NCBI GenBank assembly: GCA_973895155.1
Contig: OZ316895.1
Location: forward strand, 11,699,819 to 11,763,818
DNA length: 64,000 nt
Direction: 5' to 3'
From: Marsupella aquatica
Taxonomy: Eukaryota > Plantae > Marchantiophyta
The position numbers and the translations under genes are program-made. Below, piece after piece: positions 25,901 through 37,987 of the stretch (within the stretch, counting starts at the first letter, position 1; the number at the start of each line of letters is the position of its first letter). The notes beneath the pieces were generated by a model. The model was not told where the DNA came from. It was given only the letters and a program-made list of their open reading frames with translations, and did no database searches.

Positions 25901-28900
25901 TTAAGCTACAGTTTAACATCAGAAATGCCAATGTTGACAGGTCTGCGTTCTGTGAGGCGCGTCTCTCGCCTGATCTTTTGAGGGAATTTCTGCCCAGGTT
26001 GATCAATGTAAGTGGCTTGTGACGCGTGTCCTGTCGAGAATTCGTTTTGTCAGAAATCCCATCCGCACGGTGGCGGAATAATCATCGCTTCATTGTGAAG
26101 CGACAGTGCATTTGTGCAGATCTGCTGGTATTCATGAAGTGTTCTCTATCGCATGAAGTTGAATGGCATGCATAACTCTTCTATGCATTGACCAATGTGC
26201 TGGGTGCAGGTTCTTTTGTCAAATATGGCCTACGCTGATGATGATGAAGCGTTAGTTGACGCAGATGTAAGCAAACATGGTTGCTTGTGAGTAGCTTCAG
26301 TGTTGAATTTGGTCTGCAGTGAAAGAAGACGTGCTATGTCTGACCTCTCCTATCTTCAGAAGTTTGAGGGTGCAGTTTGTTTTGGGAAAAAATTGAAGTG
26401 GTTGTTGGGATTGTGGGTTCATTGTTACAGGACGATGAAAATGGACCCGACAGGGACCAGGTATGTAAATGGTTTGTCCAATAGGATTGACATGTTCCAG
26501 TTACGAACTGGCAGTGTTGCTACTACTCTTTAATGTTGGGCCTGAATTGATTGCTAAGCTTATGGCCTTCTTATCGTTGGTATCTTGATTGATCTTTTCT
26601 TGTTATTTTCCAGGATCTGAAACCTCGTTTCCATCAATCTCGCCTACATGGTACTGACGGAACTAACGAAGAAGATGAGGTTTGTATTAGAGTTTGAGCT
26701 GTCTTCGCATTGAGTTCTTGAAATGGAAAAATATATTCCAAGTTCAGCCTGCTTTGCAGAGCCTTAAGTTGGTACGTTTTTTCGCAGGAAGATGATGATA
26801 TAATTAACTCATGGAACTTGCGAAAGTGTAGTGCTGCTGGTTTGGACATCTTGTCAACTGTATTCGGGGATGAGCTCCTTCCCGTTCTTATGCCTCTTGT
26901 TCAGGTGTGCAGTCTGATTTGTGCTTTCAGATTGTTTGTTCGGAGCTGCTGTCTTCAGTGCGTGCCAGCAGTTAGATTTTCAATTTTTGAAGGATCTTAA
27001 GCTTGTTTTTACTGATCTGAGGGATTACTAATTATATTTGTTATGTTGGGCAGGCGAAGTTGTCTCAAAATACAGATACAGCCTGGAAGGCAAGAGAGGC
27101 TGCTGTGTTGGCCTTGGGGGCCGTTGCTGAGGGTTGCATCAATGGCCTTCTTCCTCATTTGTCCCAGGTTTGGCGCCTGTTCCCTCCCTCTCCGCTTTGA
27201 GGCCGAAGTTACTTATGGTTCCAAGCTGCCTTGGGCAATTACTTCTGGAGTTCTGGAGCTGAAAGTATTACCTACTTCATCTACGGTGCAACATTCTATG
27301 CTGTTTTTTGGGGGCAAGTCGTTCATGTCGGGTTTGGCTCAAATACGAATACCTGTGGCGTATTCTCTTAATCCTAATAGCTTGTGGGCATGTGCAGATT
27401 GTTGCGTTTCTTGTCCCCTTGCTGGAGGATAAACGTCCGCTTGTACGAAGTATTACATGCTGGACTTTGTCACGCTACAGCAAGTGGATTGTGCAGGTGA
27501 TCCTTGGGGACACGTGCATAGTAATTGGGTGCTCTTAAGAGTCTCTGATCGAACAGAAAATATCTCCTTCATATGTTTTCTTTCACTTTGAGCTATCAGT
27601 GGATAGAGAATGCTGTCGATGGTTTTACTTCATGTAAACGAGCAAATATGCGTCTAATCTCGGTGTGATGGCATGATTTACTCCAGGCTGTTGGACATCC
27701 TGATGGGCATGCACAATTTGACAACGTGCTGACAGGGTTACTTCGGCGCATTCTTGACAGCAACAAGCGAGTCCAAGAGGCTGCTTGTTCTGCATTTGCC
27801 ACTCTTGAAGAGGTAAAGGCGATTTGTTCCCGTTCATTCTGGAATATGTTCATTCGTCGTTTTGTGATAATATCTCTTTCTTGTGCCAATCTGGTTCTCT
27901 GATATTCAGTGAAATGTCTGTCTTTGATCTTGAACGTGCAGGAGGCTGCAGAAGAATTAGCGCCACGTTTGGAGCTGATATTGCAGCACCTAATGTTTGC
28001 CTTTGGTAAATATCAGGTACGTTCGAGATCTGTCTTACTTGTCGTCAGTGGTTGCGAGAATGAGGGTTTTACCCTTAGCCGGTCTTGTGTGTCACTTTTT
28101 CCAACTATGCTTCTCTACCCCAATCAGCTGAGATTGTATTACTTCAACTAGATTGAGGCATTGTTGCAGTTACTTTTAAACGCAGATCTTCGTTTTTGTT
28201 ATATATATATTGCAATGGAAATTTTATCATTAGAAAATTGCTTGATTTGGCCAATTTTTGCGCCGTGGGGAATTTTGTAAATTGATGCGATTGCTTCTCT
28301 TCTTCTCGCTCCCTCTGATGCAGCGAAGAAATTTAAGGATCCTCTATGACGCCATTGGTACATTGGCAGACGCAGTAGGCTCAGAACTGAATGAGGTGAG
28401 AATGAAGTTTATTTTCTAGGTACACTAACAGTTCTGTTATTACAGTATTGCCCTCAAGTTCTGGAGTGGACATTGTTGCCAACATTGCATCATGATTTAT
28501 GATTTTGGTGCCTGAAAAATCTTGTTCCTGAAAAATTGATGGTCTCGAATCACTTCAACAAGTTTTTGAAATTGAACGAATTGTGGAAACTTATCTTGGC
28601 TGCCTCAAGTTGACTGTCCCAGATTATGACACTCATTCCAATTAACAATAACACGTGTTTTTCAGGTTAAGTATCTGGAGATCTTGATGCCACCCTTGAT
28701 AAACAAATGGCAGCAGTTGCCTGATTCGGACAAAGATTTGTTTCCACTCCTCGAGTGCTTTACGTCAATAGCACAGGTTAGAAATATGGCATCCTGGACC
28801 TTTATTAATGTCCGTTGTTACTTGCCTACTGCTTAAAATCTATACCTTGGTTTACAGTTTTGGGCTGGAGGTACTTTCAGTGCCAATCTGATGGCGTGGC

Positions 28901-31900
28901 AGTATTCTACTTATGGTTTAAACGAGTTGGTTTGGTAGAATCGAATTTAATGTCATCGTGAACATCGTTCTGCTATTCTATTAGTCGAAGAGACACTGTC
29001 AATTCCAAAATCTCTGAGACAGGACTTGAACGCAGAAAGTGAAACACTAAAGGAATGTGTGAAGATACGTGGAAGCAACATTAGAAATCTACGAAAATGC
29101 GACTTTCTTAGAAGAGGAGTGCTTACGTAGACTTAGTATGGAAGCATGATTGTACACTAGGGACATTCGCCAAAGTCCGAAAGGGAACAAATTCAGTCGC
29201 ACTTGTGATTCTCTTGGGATAAATAGTGATAATTGAGTTGGGTATGTGGACAGGCGCTCGGTTCAGGATTTTCACACTATGCCGAACCTGTGTTTGTAAG
29301 GTGTATCAATCTTATAAGAACACAAGAGCTTGCAAAGGTGAGCATCTAAGGGTCAATTAAAGTAATATCGAAGCTGTTAGCATACAAGGTTTTCTATGAG
29401 TAAGATTACATGAACCGGCCAAATTGTTTTCATTGCTCTGCCTGCGTGGCGGATGATGACGTCTTTTGTTCTATTTGGCACTCCCGGAAACTTTTTGCAT
29501 ATTTTTGGCTGTAAAACGGTACAATGAATGACTCTCAGAGATTTTGTATGTGTTGCGTTATCTAGATCTATCGCGGGGATGATAATCCCACAGATTTTCA
29601 TTCTTTTGTTTCATCCTTGCAGGCTGATCCGGGAAGGGCAGGAGTAGCTTATGATAAAGAGTTCATCGTTTGCTCCTTGGATTTGCTGTCTGGCCTTGCT
29701 GAGGGTCTCGGTACCAGCATTGAAAGTTTGGTATGACGCGTTTCCTTCGTTTCTTTGTTTCTTTATTGCTATTCGGCAAACACACGCACAGTCCTTAGCT
29801 ACTGGAAGGTTCATTGATCCTGAAAAAACTCCGGTATGTCGAATTCAACCAGGTGTCAAGAAGTGATCTAAGGGATCTTCTTCTTCAATGCTGTGCGGAT
29901 GAGGCAGCTGATGTTCGTCAGAGTGCTTTGGCTCTGCTAGGAGACCTTGCGAAGGTGCGGGAATGGGAAACCTTTCTTTGTGATGGAAAAATAATAGAGT
30001 TTGAGTTTTTTTGATAAGTCTAAGGCATCAAATACCGTGCAGCATGGCAAGTCACTTGTACGCAAATTGTTTTTGTGAAGTATTTTGTTGAGAAAGATTA
30101 TTTTCTGAAGATCGGTCCCAGTTATGTGCGAGAGTGGAGCTTGTCATGGACTCCACTAGTAGTTGTGCTATATGAAGTTGACCGGTAGTATCTTTTGACA
30201 GGCATGTGCAGTGCATTTGCAACCACATTTGCCGGAATTTCTCAATCTAGCCGCCAAGCAGCTGGTACAGTTTTTCTCTCCTTCCTTGCCGAAGATTGTA
30301 TTAAAGTTAAGTGGACGTATAACCCACTACTTGAGATGGACCAACGAAGACTTCAGAACTGTCTAATGACACAATTGTACCGTCACAGGGATTGGCTTCG
30401 AGATTGGAATTTTACTGGTATTTGAGGTTTTACTTCCTCTGTAGGTATATTGTAGGTCTCTAAGTTGCAGCAGTTGTTTGTGTGTGAGTTCAGCAGGTTG
30501 CAGAAGTGAAAGACAATGTGTCGGTAGCGAACAATGCATGCTGGGCCATCGGCGAAGTTGCTGTCAAGGTTGTTATGGTTCACTTCTTACCTTCGCAGCT
30601 AATGTTTCTTCTGAAAATTGAAGTCTAACTCCTCTTTTGATAATTTGATAGCTTTACTGACTTAAACCTGTCTGTTGTGAGTGGTTGCAGGTTAGACAAG
30701 AAATTGCGCCTGTTGTGATGAATGTAATCACCTGCTTGGTGCCGATCCTAACCAATTCTGAGGTTAGTCAGACTGTTTCCCTGAGTAACGCATGTTGCGG
30801 TTAGGTATTGCTTCACGGTGGTTGTTTGTGCAACATTTGAGGTCAATCACCTCTTCAAATTATTGGCCTCATGTATGGAACAGGCTATAGATTTATCAGT
30901 TTATTCTTGATCGATTCATTTCAGCTGGAGCGGTTGTTTTTGCGACGATACGGTTCTAATTATTTTTAAGTATTGCTTATTGAAATCAATGGATGTGGTC
31001 GCAGGGTCTTAACAAATCATTGTTAGAGAACAGTGCAATCACGTTAGGAAGGCTGGGATGGGTGTGTCCAGAGCTGGTAGCTCCACATATGGACCACTTT
31101 ATGCTTGCTTGGTGCCATGCACTCCGCTCGTAAGGGCCAGACTTCTTAACTTTCACTCCTGAGTCATTTAAACCCCAATTGTCCTTCCTGTATTGGATGA
31201 CCGCTGAATGCTGCATTTGATACTACTTCACAACTCGTTGGCTTTTGCAAGAAAATTGCGAAGAGGGGTGCTTTCTGACTAGTGTATTGCACAGTTTGAA
31301 TCCGTCAAGAGTGGCTTTCAGATGTTCGTTGACAATCACATATATTTGTAGGAGAGAGACCAACCTACTTATTCCTTAGTTTGCATTAAGAAAACAAAAA
31401 CTGAAAATGTGCCGTAGGATACGGGACGACGTTGAGAAGGAGGATGCCTTCAGGGGTCTTTGTGCTATGGTAAGGAAACTTTCACTCCGATGGCATGATT
31501 TAATTGGTATATGTGACGGTTGGATCTTTCGAATGCCGAGACTTTGAATTAACGAGCTGCACGACAGAGACGTATATGTAGCGATGAAGTTCACAATCTT
31601 GTACATCTTTAGTTGGGGATTGAGGCAGATGTGGTTATAGAACAAAATAACTTTTATGGATAGCTAAACAACTATGACTGAGCGATATTTTTGAAGTACC
31701 GACATTTTTCGTCGTTGACAATTGTCTTTTTTAATCAGGTACGATTGAATCCTGGTAGTGCCGTGAGCGCCTTTGTGCCGATGTGTGAAGCTATTGGTAG
31801 CTGGCATGTAAGTTGTGTGTTTTAATTCTGCAATGATCAGGTTTGAAAAATTAGATCTGTCGTAGATGATAATGTTTTCATTCGTGGTTAGTGACCAATT

Positions 31901-32312
31901 ATCTTTGGTTGACTGTTGTGTTATCGATGTACTAGTGTTTGGCTGTGGGCCGGCGGTAAGGCGAGAGGCCTCGTTGTCATTCCTATTGGGTGCTAATGGT
32001 TATGAACTGCATGTTCTGTATTTGCGAACAGGAAATACGAAGCTCTGACTTGCGGACTGAAATTGCTGGAGTCCTGCATGGCTACAAACAGGTGTGATGT
32101 CTGTTTGAAATTACCTTTGTGCGTGTCTGGAGCTTAAAACAGTAGAAACACGATCAGCATTTTTTAAGAGTCATGTTCTGAAAGTCATGACCCTACAGCT
32201 AATCGTGGCCTTGCACTCCTTGCAGTTACTATCTGGATCTACTTGGGAACAATGTATGGCTGCTTTGGATCAACCACTGCGGGAGAAGTTAGTGAAGAAG
32301 TATGGAATTTAG
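22959..32312 (+). CDS. TRN1: Transportin-1 (karyopherin beta-2), HEAT-repeat nuclear import receptor, >20 exons
   Basis: Exons include 22959-23132 (..[16 protein letters not shown]), 23754-24041 ([33 protein letters not shown]), 24632-24721, 24963-25040, 25140-25220, then [11 protein letters not shown], a 30-nt exon 26431-26460, [111 protein letters not shown], and last exon 32226-32312 ending KKYGI-TAG. Confidence 0.96.
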
Positions 32313-34024
32313 TATGGACACCCTTGATGGCAAATCTATTGGATCAATTGAGACGGCTGTATCATGAGGCCTGCATAGAGTTACTGCGACCATAGATGCA
32401 AGTTTTTCCTCAGTATAGCCAGGATTAGGCTGGGGCCCGTGCCCTCCAAACTTTTGGTGCTGACAAGCATTTGGCCCAGAAGCCCACTAGCGTACTGAGC
32501 ACACCTGGCATGCGACGAGTGTCAGACAATCCGGTCTGGAAGATGCTCTCTTGTTGGCTCGGAGCTACTGTGGTGTTGCACACTGTTGTGCCGGGGTCGG
32601 ACCCCGTGCAGCTGCGGGTGTCACCTGGAGCATGGTGCTTTACTAGCACCATATCTGTTTTGAGCCTGCGACTGAAGGTCGTTTGGTCCGCGCTTTTGAC
32701 GACCAAATGCGTAGCCAAAGACATGATGTTATGAGCATCCATGTTTGACGCGTGTGCAATTGGCTGCATGCTGCCACCAGTAGAGCATGTGCGCACCAAG
32801 AGAGAGGCAGTTTGTGATGTGAAATAGGCGGCAATGGTAGAGATGTACGGATGAAATTCTTGAGGGTTCTAAGGGAGAAGAGAGGCTTAAACTGTTTTGG
32901 GGGAAGCAAGGCCAACCCAAGAGAGATGTACCCTTTGAGTAGGGGTGTATTCCGTCCAGAAGTAACAACTGGAACGGTACTCAACCTTTCGTGGGCCTTC
33001 TCCTGTCCAGGTTTAACTGGACTGTGATCTACTAAACTAGTTCCCTGAATATCTACCTTGCCGAGTAGCTAGGTCCAACATCAAATGAGCGTTACAGGTT
33101 GAGAGGAAAGCGGAGGAAAGATTACGAGTTTTTGGTGCAGCGAGTTCAAAGCTGTTTTGTCAAATGTAAGCAACCACTTTGTGTAGAATTACTAAATTAG
33201 GGAGTTAGGGAGTAAATGTTGATAGGATTCTTTACAGCAATAGTGGCCCCAAATAAGCATTCTCTGATGTGTTGGGCGGCCAAAACTTGGTTGCGGCAGA
33301 TGATCCTTTTTCAGAGCTTAGTTATTATTAACCCCCTGTTAGGTCAACACCTGAACCAGCGTAGGCACTCGTTTGTCACCCTTTTGATTATTGATCATTT
33401 GTCGTGGCTGTTAGCTACTCAAGTATTGATGTTGTGGAAGTAACAAAGTGTACCGGGTGCTGCTACATGTAATGAAGAATCTGTGTTACCTGTGGTGTAT
33501 TCGGAGGTGCCACCGTTGTAAAGACTTGAGTAAAGAAACTGGGGAAGTTTGTCCCAGACTTTTGTAGTAGGTGACGAAGCTGTACACTGTTGCAGTCTGA
33601 GGCCCGTCCAGTTATACAGGGGCCTCATCTTTAACATCTGCGAAACTAGAGTTTTGCATCTTATAAGTTTATGTTCCGATCAATTGGGGTTCCTACCGGA
33701 ACTCATTCTTCTGCATTTGAAACGGCTTCTCATGTGTTCTATGCCTGCAGTCGACTCACAACTTAGGATGCGAAGTGTCTTGCCCATCTTGTTGAATTGA
33801 CTACATTTTTTTTTAGTGTGTTAATATTTTTGTATAGGCATTCTAGGCACGGGCACATATATGACAGCCCTAAAAGATAGTCAAAGTGATGCGACGCTGA
33901 AATAGCATTCGATGTGACACTCCATATGACACCACAAGGTGTGGGTCCTCTTCTACTACGTTTTGACATCGTTTTGATATTGATTTGTCGTTTCGTTTGA
34001 AATCATGATATCTAGTGCCTGTAG

Positions 34025-34331
34025 GATGCTGGCATAATGCATCGTTATTCAGCTCTGTAATTGTACCTTCGGGAAGATACTTCGCTGTGGCGGACCAAGG
34101 CTTTCTTAACTCCACTTCTTGGATTTCGTGTTTGAATTTAACGCATCACCTTTGTTGATGCCAGGCTGGCCCAAAGGCAATGTTTGGAGAATTTACAAGC
34201 TTGACATCGAGGATGCTTACATGGTGGGCTACTGCGGTAGAGCCAAGCCACAGCTTGTGAAAGACAACTGTGACACATTGTGGGGTCCGTTCCGACATTC
34301 CCCTCTGGTCAGAGACATAATCCCAACGTAA
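34025..34331 (+). pseudogene. Glycosyltransferase family 8 (glycogenin-like) fragment
   Basis: In order: DAGIM (cf. NAGVM), FAVADQGFLNS(Y)F with a 1-nt frameshift (cf. DQGFLNxYF), FNA, and MVGYCGRAKP (cf. IHxxGxxKPW). No N-terminal part or DxD motif seen. Confidence 0.5.
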
Positions 34332-34764
34332 ACATCATTATTGTTTTTATTGCAAGAAACTTCGAATTTGGTATGTGGTTCACAGCTGAAATCCGAACTG
34401 ACACCAACTATTTCGTAGTCAGACCATTTCTGCCGCCGGGCTCAGACCCTGCCACGCCCTCCTGCATCTTCACCATCTAAGGCACTATTTGGATTGACCT
34501 TTGCAGCTTGCAAGCCTTGAATTGCCCTACGAAGCACCAATGCAATGAGAGGCAGAGCAATAGCTCTCTGACCTCGCACTCTACATATCAAACTCATTCT
34601 CGTTAGCATCCAATAACCCATCTTCTATCGTCCAGCGTATTAACTCATGACTGTTGAAATCCCTTACCTGGTACTTCTAGTGGTCTGACGAACCCCAGTG
34701 GACGGAAATACCTTTCTTTTCTACCGACGGATTCACTTCCAGGGTTTTGAAAAGGCTCATAGTA

Positions 34765-35400
34765 GGAAACTGGCAAATTGTGAACTTAATGCCCTTTGTG
34801 ATTATTCTCTTTCTAATTCTCAGGGTAATATGCCCTTTGGGATTTTTTGTTTGTAATTTTCAGGGTTGTGATTTTCTGTGATTTGTAGAATACTGGCAAA
34901 TTGTGAATTTAGTGCCCTTTTGGGTTATTCTCTTTCTAATTCTCAGGGCAATATGCCCTTCAGGATTTTTCAGGGTAACATTGGAGAAGAGTGCCCAATC
35001 AAGGTTTGAATCAACTCATTTTGAATATACTCCTTTCACTCTTACTAAAATCTTCATTTAGAAGAATCTCCTCTACCTTCACAAAAATTAGTAAAAAAAA
35101 ATCTCACACCCTTTCCAGCTGTTACCAGATCATAGTGGTTACCACGTGTATTAATGTCCTGTCACCAGAGCATCGGGGACAATAATAGTCCCTAAGCTCT
35201 TGTTTTGGGGACAATAATAGGTACTCAGCTCTTGTTTTTGAGGGAAAATATGACACGATCAACTCAATATAAATATTCTCTATTACTTTTCATACCATTA
35301 TTACAATTAGCAAAGATAAATAACTCCTTGGCCTATAAAAGTTGTATTAAGGCCCCGTTACCAGAGCATTCTGGCCAAAAGTAGTCCCTCAGCTCTTGTT
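34765..35400. repeat. Short tandem duplications
   Basis: ACTGGCAAATTGTGAA.TTA.TGCCCTTT..ATTCTCTTTCTAATTCTCAGGG.AATATGCCCTT twice (~34768, ~34892); GGGGACAATAATAG..AGCTCTTGTTT and ACCAGAGCAT blocks repeated at 35160-35400. Confidence 0.75.
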
Positions 35401-36304
35401 TCCCATTTTAGCATGTCACAGGTTTTGCATGCTATATACTTAAGAACCACAACAGAGTCTGTCATAATTTGTGCAGCCCTCATTTTCTACTCGGCAGCTT
35501 CATTGAATTGGAAAATTTCCACCCTGCTGAGCTCCCTGAGTCACTTTTTCACTCACCAGCCTTGCCCAGTGAGAAATTTTTAGAAAAGATCCAGTTGGCT
35601 AGCTAACCTCTGTGAGTCACTTTTCAACTCCACAACCTTGCAGAGTCATCTTGGCGGCCTTGGTGAGTAGGAAGGTTTCACTCTCAAACCATTCTTCATC
35701 CCTTTCTGAATCCCAACTAAATAACAAAAATGAGATTCTTACTAGTAACTAATATGTATAGTGTTATCCAGCTTTGTTTTTTTTCTCAAGGTCTGCTTAC
35801 AAATGTGGAAGGTCTTAGCTGTCAGATTTTAATAACATTTTTTCATGAGATAGGGATCCATGGATGATCAAATAGGATGAGAGGGAGGAGTTCATGGCGG
35901 TTCCTATGCTGGACCTGATCGAGACATGGTGGACACATAAGATGTCAAGCAAGATCAGCAATTTATTAAAAAGTAATAATTGGCTTCCTAAGATAATGTT
36001 ACCAGTCGTCAAAGCCCGTATCAAATAGTCTCTTCGGGGACATCCGATAAAAAAAGCCCGTATCAGATCGTGACCACCTTCAAAATCTTTGGCATCAGCA
36101 TTGTTGCCTGATTGCAACTATCTCATATACCTAAAAACGCAAGCACCGCTGAAGAACAACAGCCCCGACGACAACCTTCCAAGAACTATTATGTGAAACG
36201 AGCCCTATGCCCATGCGTTGCACGATGCAAGGAGGGCCAGTCCATAGGGAGTCAGGCCGGGGCATTTATGGGGCAGAGTGGGGAAGCCCATATGAGCCAG
36301 GGGT

Positions 36305-36610
36305 GTGCATTTTCTCTATCAATGGTCAAGGAAAACAACCAACCAAATCTGATGGCTGGGGATCTTTCCCGTCCAGGAGCGTTTTTGTGTCGCATTTCCT
36401 CCATCAATGGCATTTCCTCCATCAATGGTCAAGGAAAACAACCAACCAAATCTGATGGCTGTGGATCTCTCCCGCCCAGGAGCGTTTTTGTATTGCATTT
36501 CCTCCATCAATGGTCAAGGAAAACAGCCACCCAAATCTAATGGGTCTGTTTCCTGCCCAGGAGCGTTTTTAGATTGGGACAAGGACACGTTTTTAGATTG
36601 GGACAAGGAA
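36305..36610. repeat. Tandem repeat, 3 copies of an ~85-100-bp unit
   Basis: ATCAATGGTCAAGGAAAACA.CCA.CCAAATCT.ATGG..CCAGGAGCGTTTTT at 36318, 36421 and 36506, followed by CGTTTTTAGATTGGGACAAGGA x2. Confidence 0.9.
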
Positions 36611-37987
36611 GAAAAAATGCGGGATACCTTAATATAGTTGTAGCTGTGTGCTATCCTCTTGCCACTGCGCTTATAATTAGTGTGAAATTGCTTTCCAACA
36701 AAATTAGCCAAGACAATTAGACAATAGGCCTCAAGCCTCGCCTAATCCTTTGTGGTTTCTCTCGAATCATCCCTCAAACGAGTGTAGGGCAAAGATAGTA
36801 CGTGTATGCATAACCAAAACGTCTCTCCATAGTTTCTTGTTGTCACATGGAGCTCCCACTACTGGATGGCCTGAACTCCCTGGAGGTCAAGGGGTAGCAC
36901 TTCCCACCATAGCTTCTGCTGCAGCACACTGAGAGTTGACAACGATATCTGGCGGCAGCTCAGGTTGATGCAAAATGTTTTCAGCCGGAGTAGACTCTGC
37001 TGGCGAGAGAAGCACTTTGTCTGCCTCCATCATACTCCTATACCAAAATCGTCATCCACTCCGCCTGAATCTTAGCAAGAAACGTGAGGGGGGGAAGCAC
37101 GCACTTTCAAATCAAAGTAACGCAAAGCTGCACATTCATGGTGTCGATCTCAAATGCGGCGTGCTGTCATCGCCAACCCGTCTCAAATCGAAGCCCCTGC
37201 CGGTTACATCTGACCGAAAAGTGCTTTTCTGCAGTAACAACTTTTTGCCGGTTGTGGGTGCCCAAGTTTGAGACGCCCTAATGGTACCCCACATATACAC
37301 TAAGCTTCCCCTAGTCACCTACCTCCAATCACCAATCACCGACCTCCAACCAACTACCTCCTACCTCTCTCTCGATCTTACCTCCAATCACCGACGTCCT
37401 ACATACAATCACCTACCTCTAATCACCTACCTGCTACCTCTCTCTCGATCCTACCTCTCTCTCGATCACTCAGCTTGTCAGTGAGAGAAAAGTCTAGTAC
37501 ATAATTCCTATCACTTAAGCTCATCACATTCTCTCTCACTCAGCTGCCTTATCTGAGCTATTTCGATTAGTCCGCAGCTTTGCCATCCTTGCACTCATCT
37601 CCCAATCACTCCACATCGATTAGGCTCAACTCCGTCAACCACAAACTATCTGCGATAGCAATGCCGAAATTGCACAGTTGTTGCACATCTCCGAGCGCTA
37701 ATGTTATTGATTTGATTGGACTATCGAATCAAGGCGGTCTGTTGCTGAGTTCCCATCACTAGTCTTAGATGCCCACATCATTCTCCTTAAATCGCCGTTC
37801 ATGCAGTTCCAGTCGTCCAATTCACGGGTCGATCGAGTGCAAGTCAAGGCTGGTTACTCGATGAATTGAGTGTGGGAGGAAGGTGTATTCTAGAGAGGAA
37901 GTGAAATTGAAATTAGGAACCTGATCGAGGTGATTGAATTGAAGCAGCTCAAGTCGAACAATTTGTATATTAGCGCCGTGAAGATAA

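Noticed and set aside
22959-32312. U12-type or non-canonical introns in TRN1
   Set aside because: All junctions I could reconstruct are ordinary GT-AG without the U12 donor consensus.
36112-36637. 142-aa and 76-aa ORFs
   Set aside because: They arise from the tandem repeat unit; no domain signal.
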